Shown: positions 19,776 through 27,212 of the stretch, piece after piece
Position numbering within the stretch: the stretch's first letter is position 1
How the letters are laid out: every line of letters begins with the position of its first letter
Source: Bacteroides sp.
Lineage (GTDB): Bacteria; Bacteroidota; Bacteroidia; Bacteroidales; Bacteroidaceae
Reading direction: 5' to 3'
Length of the DNA stretch: 64,000 nucleotides
Assembly (NCBI GenBank): GCA_022648295.1
Contig: JALCME010000018.1
Location: 36,626 to 100,625 of the forward strand
Program-made: the position numbers and the translations under genes
Notes under the pieces: generated by a model
Told to the model about the DNA's origin: nothing
The model's database searches: none
The model's input: only the letters and a program-made list of their open reading frames with translations

Positions 19776-19883
19776 GCCACCATTAGATGTTTAGTTTAGT
19801 CATTTCAACAAATCACCATGTATAGGTATTTTCCATCCTCAATACCCCTGTTTATGGTGATTGCAGCGCAATATAGCTCTGCT

Positions 19884-19891
19884 TATCTTTG
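19884..19891 (+). promoter_or_regulatory. -7 promoter box TATCTTTG still present in front of the dead TonB-dependent receptor gene
   Basis: Matches TAnnTTTG, 46 bp upstream of ATG 19938. Confidence 0.45.
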
Positions 19892-19937
19892 CCGACGTTT
19901 TTGTTAAGGTAAATATCAATAATAAAAGAGTGCATCA

Positions 19938-20161
19938 ATGAAACAAAGATTCAGTCTTACAAAACAGTTACTTCCACTATTTTTCCTAATGTTGTGTGCC
20001 ACTTATAGTTCGGCACAAACCGGAAGGCTTCGTGGAAAGGTAGTTGCCACATCGGAGTAAAGATAAACAACTTGACAGACAAGCGTTATATGCTGGGAGA
20101 TTATTACGCCAAACTTCAGGCACCCCGGCAATTCCTGGCTAATGTGACTTGTCGCTTCTAA
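19938..20161 (+). pseudogene. TonB-dependent receptor remnant (N-terminal 40 codons plus C-terminal ~33 codons; barrel deleted)
   Basis: My translation gives MKQRFSLTKQLLPLFFLMLCATYSSAQTGRLRGKVVATSE*, a signal peptide plus the start of a carboxypeptidase-regulatory-like domain. It is immediately followed by INNLTDKRYMLGDYYAKLQAPRQFLANVTCRF*, a typical TBDR last strand ending in F. Confidence 0.8.
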
Positions 20162-20543
20162 ACTATCAGTATTTCCAATCAATACCGCCATCGACATGGC
20201 ATTCAGCTCCCACCCTGACAAAGCGGAGGCCCAGGTAAATACATGGAACTTGGAGACTCCCTATTATCAGGTCAGGCTATCCAACCGCATCGGACTTAAA
20301 AGTGCGGAAGACCCTGCAATTCGATTCTTTGACCGTACCACCGGCAAGGTTGCGGAAGATATACCAAAAACCGTATTAAAAGGCGAACAGGTAGACAATA
20401 TGATTTGGGTGCTTCACACCGGTAATTGGATGGGACCACTGGGCAAACTGCTAACATTCCTTGGCGGATTGTTGGGTACAACCCTGCCTGTAACCGGCTT
20501 TGTCATTTGGAGACAAAAGAAAAAGAAGAAAAGAAAACATTAG
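20148..20543 (+). pseudogene. C-terminal stub of a PepSY-associated TM (PiuB-like) protein
   Basis: The frame is open from 20148 and the ATG is at 20196. The product ..AIDMAFSSHPDKAEAQVNTW...MIWVLHTGNWMGPLGKLLTFLGGLLGTTLPVTGFVIWRQKKKKKRKH has only the last PepSY/TM module of proteins that normally partner siderophore-type TBDRs. Confidence 0.65.
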
Positions 20544-21002
20544 TTATGACATAAAATAACCTCTTTAATCTGTAATATGTTGCCAAAAACAGCATTACCC
20601 TGCTTAAGTCGCTCATCATCCAACACAAACCCCTTACGGATATGCTCATTCAAAATCCCTGTAGCCCACTGGCGAAATCGGGTTGCCTTAATGGATGAAA
20701 CTCTATAACCAACGGCAATGATGGCATCAAGACTATAGAAGTCAACATTATTAGTTTGTGTTTTTACCTTCTATGGCACCATGCTGAGTGGTTATTTCCG
20801 TTTTGGAAACAACCACCTCTCATACTAGCTCTCCTTCATCGAAAATATGGCTCAAATGCTTACTGATCGCTGGCACACCTACGCCAAATAACAGACTCAT
20901 TGCCTTCTGTGTGCACCACAGTGTTTCGTCCTTTATTATCACCTGTACCTTTCCTTCTTCATTAGGCAGATTGTAAAGTACAAATTGTATTTCGTTATTC
21001 AT
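20540..21002 (-). pseudogene. RhuM-family (virulence protein RhuM-like) pseudogene
   Basis: The N-terminus MNNEIQFVLYNLPNEEGKVQVIIKDETLWCTQKAMSLLFGVGVPAISKHLSHIFDEGEL is RhuM-like. It has an in-frame TGA after codon 60. Homology continues (EVVVSKTEITTQHGAIEGK) and then shifts frame (NVDFYSLDAIIAVGYRVSSIKATRFRQWATGILNEHIRKGFVLDDERLKQG). The reading frame ends after ~150 of an expected ~330 codons. Confidence 0.8.
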
Positions 21003-21060
21003 ACAGTCTTATTTATGTTTTTTTGCAATAAATTGTATACTCATATATTATCCAACAATT

Positions 21061-21137
21061 ATATCCTGCATACTTACCTCGTTCAAGTAAATATGCAAAT
21101 ATAAGGTAAGTATTTTAATTATCAATATCTTAACAAC
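21061..21137. repeat. 77-bp repeat element, copy 1 (E77)
   Basis: 68/77 identical to 25521-25597 in the same orientation. It contains a 9-bp inverted repeat (tacttacct / aggtaagta). It also contains, on the minus strand, TATATTTG (21096-21103) pointing at the rhuM remnant. Confidence 0.9.
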
Positions 21138-21151
21138 GCAGTTCAGAGAGA

Positions 21152-22339
21152 TCAATGAAGAATAACAACGATTGGATTACCATCCTCTTCAACTCCCAAC
21201 CGGTTCATATTCTCTCTGCTCAGTTCATCAGCCTGCAATAAGCCTATAAAACAACCGTCGGAACTGACTCCCCTGATTTGAATGTGCTGATTTTTTTTCC
21301 TGTCCAACAGGCTATCTCCTTTTAAAATCAAAATATGTTCTTCATTTTTATCATAAAAGCCACAATAAGGCAAACTATTTTTATCGTTATATAAGCCCGT
21401 ATGAAAATGGAAATAAATATATTGCGCATTTTCCAATACATAATCTATGGCAATTCTTTTTTCACACCCCGAGGTCTCAAATTGTCTTTCCTCATTCCAA
21501 TGCCACTTTCCAAGTTCAAAAACCTTATAAGGAGTAAGTCCCTTTTCCGAAACAGTATAAATCGTATCGTTGAAAGCTTGCTTCACTTTAATTATATCGT
21601 CTGTTTTCCAAAGTGAAGGACTATTTACCGCAACATAAGATCTCCGGTCTCCCACAATAGTAGCCATCGTTAAGTCCCCACCGTAAGAGACATAACCTCC
21701 CAAAAGAGTTGAAACAGATTGTACCTCATTCGCAGGAAGCAAAGCAGAATTCCATGTAGCAATTTTGACCAAAGACATGGTACTTGTATCAATACAAAAA
21801 ACAGAAGGCTTTTCTTGTGAAAGCTTCAACTTGTTGTGTCCCCAAATCTTATCCGAATCTATTAAAAAATAATTTTGGGATAAATTACAGCAAGCCTCCT
21901 CTGGTAACTGAACTTTCCCCTTGTAATCACCATCAAAACCATACAACAGGAAATCATTATGCCAACCTAAAAAATAAACGATTTTCCGGACATTATCCGT
22001 CCAGTAGTTTAGTTTCCCCCATGAATCTTTAGCATATCCTTCCGGGTCCGTACCGACATGACCAATATCCCGAATATAACGTCCCGTAACGCGGTCAAAA
22101 AACTTCAAATTTTGATTGGCAGAAGAAATCAGAATAATACTATCCAAAACCACAATATCCGGCCACTGACCCACAAGAGACTGGTTATTTGTTTCTAAAG
22201 GGACATAAGTTATGTCAGGGAATAAGTTTTGAACGGATAGTTCTTCAACCGGTTTAGTCATACCCTCCGCAACATTAATTGTATCCTTGTCCTGACTGCC
22301 CGAACATGAAACCATAACCGGAAGTATAGCATAGAGCAT
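21152..22339 (-). CDS. 6-bladed beta-propeller lipoprotein (BF3164-like family)
   Basis: The track ORF is 21152..22408. The internal ATG at 22339 gives a lipoprotein signal, MLYAILPVMVSCSG. The sequence is rich in repeated aromatic/Gly beta-propeller-like segments. The family name is from memory. Confidence 0.65.
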   Translation of the reverse strand: MLYAILPVMVSCSGSQDKDTINVAEGMTKPVEELSVQNLFPDITYVPLETNNQSLVGQWPDIVVLDSIILISSANQNLKFFDRVTGRYIRDIGHVGTDPEGYAKDSWGKLNYWTDNVRKIVYFLGWHNDFLLYGFDGDYKGKVQLPEEACCNLSQNYFLIDSDKIWGHNKLKLSQEKPSVFCIDTSTMSLVKIATWNSALLPANEVQSVSTLLGGYVSYGGDLTMATIVGDRRSYVAVNSPSLWKTDDIIKVKQAFNDTIYTVSEKGLTPYKVFELGKWHWNEERQFETSGCEKRIAIDYVLENAQYIYFHFHTGLYNDKNSLPYCGFYDKNEEHILILKGDSLLDRKKNQHIQIRGVSSDGCFIGLLQADELSRENMNRLGVEEDGNPIVVILH

Positions 22340-22552
22340 TTTTATATACAACCGGAAGCAACCACAACTATTAAGAAAATCTATACAAGCATGACTGTAA
22401 TTCTGCATATCGCAAAGTATATTAATTAAGTTCCCTTATCTGAAGTAACCAAACTGATTTAACGAAAACAAGTACCAATGTATAATAAAAATCTTGAATT
22501 TGCAAGTTTTAGGTGAAAACCTTGCAAAACTTTCAATGACATTTCTTCCATT

Positions 22553-22680
22553 TATCGAAGTTAATCACACTAAATATCGGATTTTATCGAAGTTAAATAA
22601 GCCAGTTTCAAGAATATATCGAAGTTTACATCCTTAAAAATTGGATTTTATCGAAGCTTTACTACCTTTGTAGTTTCAAA
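22553..22680 (+). repeat. Four direct repeats of TATCGAAG(T/C)T at exactly 32-bp period, upstream of ATPase gene 1
   Basis: The words start at 22553, 22585, 22617 and 22649. Alternate units also share GGATTTTATCGAAG. The last unit contains the -7 box. Confidence 0.9.
22663..22670 (+). promoter_or_regulatory. -7 promoter box TACCTTTG
   Basis: Matches TAnnTTTG, 22 bp upstream of ATG 22692. Confidence 0.5.
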
Positions 22681-22691
22681 ATCAAGTACTT

Positions 22692-23957
22692 ATGAATTCA
22701 AGAAAACTGCTTACTGTATTCTCTGATCAGAAAGAAGAACTTCTGATTAATAATATGACACAGTTGTGTACAAGATTGGAAGAAAAGCAACTTTCACTAA
22801 CCAGTAATCTCGCCCAGATAGTAATTGGTGTTAGAAGAAGTGGCAAATCAACATTATGCGGAAAATTCATCCGCCAGAATCATGTTGAATTTGCTTATGT
22901 CAATTTTGATGATGACCGTTTGGAAGAGTTAAAGTCTACTGACTTTGATAATGTTCTTGATGCACTATATCAAATATATGGAAATTTCAAGTATCTATTT
23001 TTGGACGAAGTTCAGAACATAAAAGGTTGGCAACTATTTGTAAACAGAATGCTGCGTCAGAAGGTTCATCTATTTATAACGGGCTCCAATTCCAAATTGC
23101 TAAGTAGTGAATTAACCACCCATCTGACAGGAAGACACAACAAGATAGAGCTTTATCCTTTCTCATTTTCAGAATATGGTTCAATGAAAGGTGTTGAGCT
23201 CCATTCGCTATCTACTAAGGCAAAAGCGTTGCGAAAGAAAGCCCTCAATGAATACTTGCTTGATGGCGGTTTTCCAGAGCTCATGAATGAGCAGAACAAA
23301 CGAGGTTATATAGAAGCTCTTCTCAATTCAATTATCAAGAATGATATAGCCAAAAGGTTTAGGATAAAATATATTGAAGTGTTGCGCCGATTGGCGGCAT
23401 ACCTCTCTGATAATTTCTGCCAGGAGTTTGTTGCATCAGAACTTGCAAAGATGTTTGGCGTTTCCGATCATACTATAGAGAACTACTATTCATATCTGAA
23501 AGAAGCTTTCCTACTACAAGGTGTTCACAAGTTCTCTTATAAAAGTAAGGAACGTGTCCGCAGTGAAAAAGTGTATGTGGTCGATTTGGCTTTTATTTCT
23601 GAGAGAGAGGGTATTTTTTCCACAGAAAATCTTGGTTGGAGGTTGGAAAACGTCGTTTATATAGAACTGTTACGTCGTTTCCGTCCTCAATACACAGATG
23701 TCTTTTACTATCGCGACAAGCAGTGGGAAGTAGATTTCGTAATAGCCAAAGAAGGAAAAGTAGAGCAATTGATACAGGTATCTTATGACGTAAGTGCCGA
23801 GAAAACATTAAGGCGTGAGATTAGTGGACTTGTCAGGGCTGCTGAAATGTTCAAATGCGAGAATCTTTTTTTGATAAACTTTGATACTGAGCAAGATTTC
23901 GAGAAGAATGGCCATACTATCCATGTAGTTCCAGCAACTGAATGGTTAGTTGATTAA
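22692..23957 (+). CDS. COG1373-type AAA ATPase with C-terminal DUF4143 / PD-(D/E)xK-like domain (paralogue 1)
   Basis: Walker A GVRRSGKST, Walker B YLFLDEVQ and ITGSNS. The C-terminal motif is WEVDFVIAKEGKVEQLIQVSY, which is nuclease-like but has Q-V-S in place of E-V-K. Confidence 0.85.
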   Translation: MNSRKLLTVFSDQKEELLINNMTQLCTRLEEKQLSLTSNLAQIVIGVRRSGKSTLCGKFIRQNHVEFAYVNFDDDRLEELKSTDFDNVLDALYQIYGNFKYLFLDEVQNIKGWQLFVNRMLRQKVHLFITGSNSKLLSSELTTHLTGRHNKIELYPFSFSEYGSMKGVELHSLSTKAKALRKKALNEYLLDGGFPELMNEQNKRGYIEALLNSIIKNDIAKRFRIKYIEVLRRLAAYLSDNFCQEFVASELAKMFGVSDHTIENYYSYLKEAFLLQGVHKFSYKSKERVRSEKVYVVDLAFISEREGIFSTENLGWRLENVVYIELLRRFRPQYTDVFYYRDKQWEVDFVIAKEGKVEQLIQVSYDVSAEKTLRREISGLVRAAEMFKCENLFLINFDTEQDFEKNGHTIHVVPATEWLVD

Positions 23958-24022
23958 AGCTAGAATAATTATTCCATCATGATTATATAGAGCAATTGAT
24001 ACAGTCTACAAGATATAAGCAC

Positions 24023-24129
24023 AAGGTATTCTTGGAAAAGTGGCAGAAAACGCATCTATTTATCTTGGAAAAAAGGAAAAATTATGGTATTTTTGTCTTG
24101 GAAAAGCGGAAAAGCAACTATTTACCGCT
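24023..24129 (+). repeat. 107-bp element (A107, copy 1): three 33-bp units each carrying TCTTGGAAAA, upstream of ATPase gene 2
   Basis: CTTGGAAAA starts at 24031, 24064 and 24097. The -7 box TATTTTTG lies at 24088-24095. The element is about 90 percent identical to 27016-27121. Confidence 0.9.
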
Positions 24130-24149
24130 GAAAATAAGTCGAAGAAACC

Positions 24150-25496
24150 ATGCTGAAAAGAAAGATTGATTCTTACATTAAGCGTTATTACGAGACGACT
24201 CGTAATGCCCTGCTTATTACCGGTGCACGCCAAATCGGTAAAACTTATTCCATTCGAGAATTTGGTAAGTCGTTCAAGAGTTTTATAGAAATAAACTTCA
24301 TTGAAAATCCCGAAGCAATGGAAGTTTTCAAGGATACAAAGAGCAGCGCAGACATATTGCTTCGCTTGTCAGCCATAACTACAACTCCATTGATTAAAGG
24401 AGAAACGCTCATCTTCTTCGATGAAGTGCAAAAATGCCCTGAAATGGTTACCGCTATCAAATTTTTGGTAGATGAAGGCTCGTATCGCTATGTCCTAAGT
24501 GGATCATTGCTTGGTGTTGAATTAAAGGACTTGCGTTCGGAACCTGTAGGATATATGGGAATTAAGGACATGTATCCACTCGACTTTGAGGAGTTTATTT
24601 CATGTGTGGGCATCAATGATAAAATAATAGCCGCTCTGCGTAACGCTTGGGAGACCCGCGTAGAGGTGGATAAGTTCATCCACTCTAAAATCATGGAACT
24701 ATTCCGTTTGTATTTGGTTGTGGGAGGTATGCCTGCCGCTGTGAGCAAATACATCGAGAGCAACAACCTGCAAGAGGTAATGGCTGTGCAACAGGATGTC
24801 ATCCGTCTGTACAAACGTGACATTGCCCAATATGATCCCGATAACAAACTTTATATAGAAGAAATTTTCAATCTCATTCCACCTGAGCTCAATGCTAAAA
24901 ATAAACGGTTTATCTTAAAACGTCTCAACGAGAATGCCAAGTTTGAACGTTATCAAAACAGTTTCTTGTGGTTAAAAAACGCAGGTGTTGCGCTACCTGT
25001 TTATAATGTAGAAGAACCTAAGATGCCCTTATTACTAGCTCGCTCGCGCAATTTATTTAAACTTTTCCAAAGCGACATAGGTTTGCTTGCTGCTCAATAT
25101 GCCGCAGGTATTCAGTTACGGATCATCAAGGGTGAGAAGAATATTAATTTTGGCTCGATATACGAAAACGCAGTAGCGCAAGAATTAGTGACGCATGGCA
25201 TAGACCCCTATTATTATAACAATAAGAAGCGGGGGGAATTGGATTTCATCATAGAATTTGATAGTAAAGTACTCCCCATAGAGGTAAAATCTGGAAAAGA
25301 TTATGAGTTGCATCGTGCCCTATCCAATATTATGGATTGTGAAGAGTACGAATTTCCCGAAGCTATAGTATTTTGCAATGATAATCTGCGAGTAGAAGGT
25401 AAGTTGGTGTATGCCCCTATTTATATGGTGATGTTCCTTGAAAAAAGCAATGCAGCACCAACTTATTACAAGGTTGATTTATCGATGTTACAGTAA
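24150..25496 (+). CDS. COG1373-type AAA ATPase with C-terminal DUF4143 / PD-(D/E)xK-like domain (paralogue 2)
   Basis: Walker A TGARQIGKTY and Walker B LIFFDEVQ. The C-terminal GELDFIIEFDSKVLPIEVKSGK is the canonical D...E-x-K nuclease motif. Confidence 0.85.
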   Translation: MLKRKIDSYIKRYYETTRNALLITGARQIGKTYSIREFGKSFKSFIEINFIENPEAMEVFKDTKSSADILLRLSAITTTPLIKGETLIFFDEVQKCPEMVTAIKFLVDEGSYRYVLSGSLLGVELKDLRSEPVGYMGIKDMYPLDFEEFISCVGINDKIIAALRNAWETRVEVDKFIHSKIMELFRLYLVVGGMPAAVSKYIESNNLQEVMAVQQDVIRLYKRDIAQYDPDNKLYIEEIFNLIPPELNAKNKRFILKRLNENAKFERYQNSFLWLKNAGVALPVYNVEEPKMPLLLARSRNLFKLFQSDIGLLAAQYAAGIQLRIIKGEKNINFGSIYENAVAQELVTHGIDPYYYNNKKRGELDFIIEFDSKVLPIEVKSGKDYELHRALSNIMDCEEYEFPEAIVFCNDNLRVEGKLVYAPIYMVMFLEKSNAAPTYYKVDLSMLQ

Positions 25497-25520
25497 CCCG
25501 GACTTTGATCAGAATTACCT

Positions 25521-25597
25521 ATATTTTGCATACTTACCTCATTCAAGTAAATATGCAAGTATAAGGTAAGCATTTTAATCATCAACAGCTTAATAAC
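25521..25597. repeat. 77-bp repeat element, copy 2 (E77')
   Basis: 68/77 identical to 21061-21137. The minus-strand box is degraded to TATACTTG and no minus-strand gene follows it. Confidence 0.9.
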
Positions 25598-25638
25598 ATA
25601 TATTGAAAACATCACTTTGAACTTAATAGAATAAAATC

Positions 25639-25646
25639 TACCTTTG
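25639..25646 (+). promoter_or_regulatory. -7 promoter box TACCTTTG
   Basis: Matches TAnnTTTG, 27 bp upstream of ATG 25673. Confidence 0.5.
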
Positions 25647-25672
25647 GCACTAAAATGTAGCCGATTATCAAA

Positions 25673-26983
25673 ATGAAAACAAAACACTTATTTTTATTTC
25701 TATTCTTTCTGTTTGCTACATTTGCTTTCAGCAGCTGTAGCAATAATGATGAAGAATCCCATAAATTAGGAATTGAAGACCTACCGACATCCTCCCAAGA
25801 GTTTTTAACCAAATATTTTCCTGACAACAAGGTTGTTTCAGTCAGTCTTGATAATCCACAAGAATCATCCGACACCCGTTCCACAGAAGAAAACGTTACG
25901 GATAAAAAATTCTATTATGTACTGTTGGAAGGACAAATCTATATAAGCTTCAATCATGCCAATGGGATTTGGAAGAATATATCCGCCGAAGAGGGAATAC
26001 CTTCATCCGCTACTAAAATATTGGATGAACATGTTTATAGAGAATTAATGCAAAAAGAATCCCAGGCAAAAGTTGTGCAACTCTCATCCTTCGACGAATA
26101 TAATGCAATCATTACACTGAGTAATAAGCACAGCTATGCACAATCACAATTATTGGCATACGAAGGTACAACATTGGCTGATGTAAACGTTACTGATGAA
26201 AGTGCCAAACTTAAAATAGATGAATTTCTTAAACGTAATCAGCTTAATATGCCTACGACTCTAGGGCGGATATTTAAAATAACGGAAGAAGAGGGAATTG
26301 CTTACCGACTGTTTATTAAGAATGAGTTAGTGCTCAGTTTCAATGAAAAAGGCGAATGGATACATGCAGAAATAGAGAAAGAAGACGACAATACCAATGT
26401 AGTAGATCTTTTATCCAAAATAGCAGGTAATGAACTGCCAGCAAGCATTTCTGAAACAATTAAAACTCAAAACAACTTAGGAGATATAAGAATTATAGCA
26501 CTTTATGGAAATGGGAAATATGGTCTCCGTTTTAAGAATAAAGATTTATTAGTAAATGAGAGCACAGGCATTGTATCTCCTCCTGTCTCATTGGCAAATA
26601 AAATAGCAGCCTATTTCGGCTCATCCTATAAGCTTGTCTATCCTGACGGGATGAGCATAGTCGGTCCCTATGAGTATGGTTATACATTTGTATACGACAA
26701 TGATAATAAAGACAATATATCTATTGAGCTGACTCAAGATGGCATATGGGCGAAAATTAGCGCATCCCATATCGCAGAAAATCTTAAAGTGACACCACTA
26801 AGTCTGCCTTCAAAAATAATAGAATTGCTTCCCGCGAAAACAGTTGATTATCTCAACCAGAGCTATCAGAATGGACATATTTATACACTAAGACACCAAA
26901 ACAACGAATACAATGTATATGTAGACCAGCAATACTCACTTTATTTTGATGAAGAAGGTACATTCTTACGGCAAGATAGTTAA
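25673..26983 (+). CDS. Multi-domain PepSY-like (DUF2874-type) lipoprotein
   Basis: Lipobox FAFSSC. About four repeats of an (L/I)P.S....I......... module (LPTSSQEFLTKYFPDNKVV, IPSSATKILDEHVY, LPASISETIKTQ, LPSKIIELLPAKTVDYLNQSY). Each is followed by a beta-rich stretch ending like ..YNVYVDQQYSLYFDEEGTFL. Confidence 0.6.
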   Translation: MKTKHLFLFLFFLFATFAFSSCSNNDEESHKLGIEDLPTSSQEFLTKYFPDNKVVSVSLDNPQESSDTRSTEENVTDKKFYYVLLEGQIYISFNHANGIWKNISAEEGIPSSATKILDEHVYRELMQKESQAKVVQLSSFDEYNAIITLSNKHSYAQSQLLAYEGTTLADVNVTDESAKLKIDEFLKRNQLNMPTTLGRIFKITEEEGIAYRLFIKNELVLSFNEKGEWIHAEIEKEDDNTNVVDLLSKIAGNELPASISETIKTQNNLGDIRIIALYGNGKYGLRFKNKDLLVNESTGIVSPPVSLANKIAAYFGSSYKLVYPDGMSIVGPYEYGYTFVYDNDNKDNISIELTQDGIWAKISASHIAENLKVTPLSLPSKIIELLPAKTVDYLNQSYQNGHIYTLRHQNNEYNVYVDQQYSLYFDEEGTFLRQDS

Positions 26984-27015
26984 GAGAGATGCGATGGAAG
27001 GAACATTGTTTCCAT

Positions 27016-27121
27016 AAGGTATTCTTGAAAAAGTGGCAGAAAATACATCTATTTATCTTGGAAAAAAGGAAGAATTACGGTATTTTGTCTTAGAAAAGCG
27101 GAAAACAAACTATTTACTGCT
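27016..27121 (+). repeat. 107-bp element, copy 2 (A107'), orphan and decayed
   Basis: 9 substitutions and a 1-bp deletion relative to 24023-24129. Two of the three TCTTGGAAAA words are mutated (TCTTGAAAAA, TCTTAGAAAA) and the -7 box is lost (TATTTTG). No ATPase gene follows. Confidence 0.9.
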
Positions 27122-27189
27122 TGTAAAACAAAAGAGAGCAAAAAGTAATAAAAATTATAACAGATTAGATTACACCCATTTTTTTCATG

Positions 27190-27197
27190 TATCTTTG
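27190..27197 (+). promoter_or_regulatory. -7 promoter box TATCTTTG
   Basis: Matches TAnnTTTG, 16 bp upstream of ATG 27213. Confidence 0.5.
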
Positions 27198-27212
27198 CAA
27201 TAGCATAATACA

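Noticed and set aside
19811-19862. Fur box in front of the dead TonB-dependent receptor
   Set aside because: The 9-bp inverted repeat there (aatcaccat / atggtgatt) is separated by 34 bp and does not resemble the GATAATGATAATCATTATC-type consensus. I kept it only as an unexplained inverted repeat.
20003-20481. Minus-strand ORFs 20003..20221 and 20296..20481 in the decayed receptor region
   Set aside because: They overlap recognisable + strand pseudogene remnants, have no homology features and have no promoter box.
22553-22680. Possible CRISPR array, because of the strict 32-33 bp periodicity here and at 24023-24129
   Set aside because: The conserved word is only ~10 bp, there are just 3-4 units, the spacers share sequence with each other, a promoter box is embedded, and no cas genes are present. 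I interpret these as operator-like arrays, not CRISPR.
25466-25884. Minus-strand ORFs 25466..25687 and 25612..25884 across the E77' element and the start of the PepSY-like lipoprotein gene
   Set aside because: They overlap a + strand promoter box and a CDS with a clear lipoprotein signal. Their products are low-complexity.
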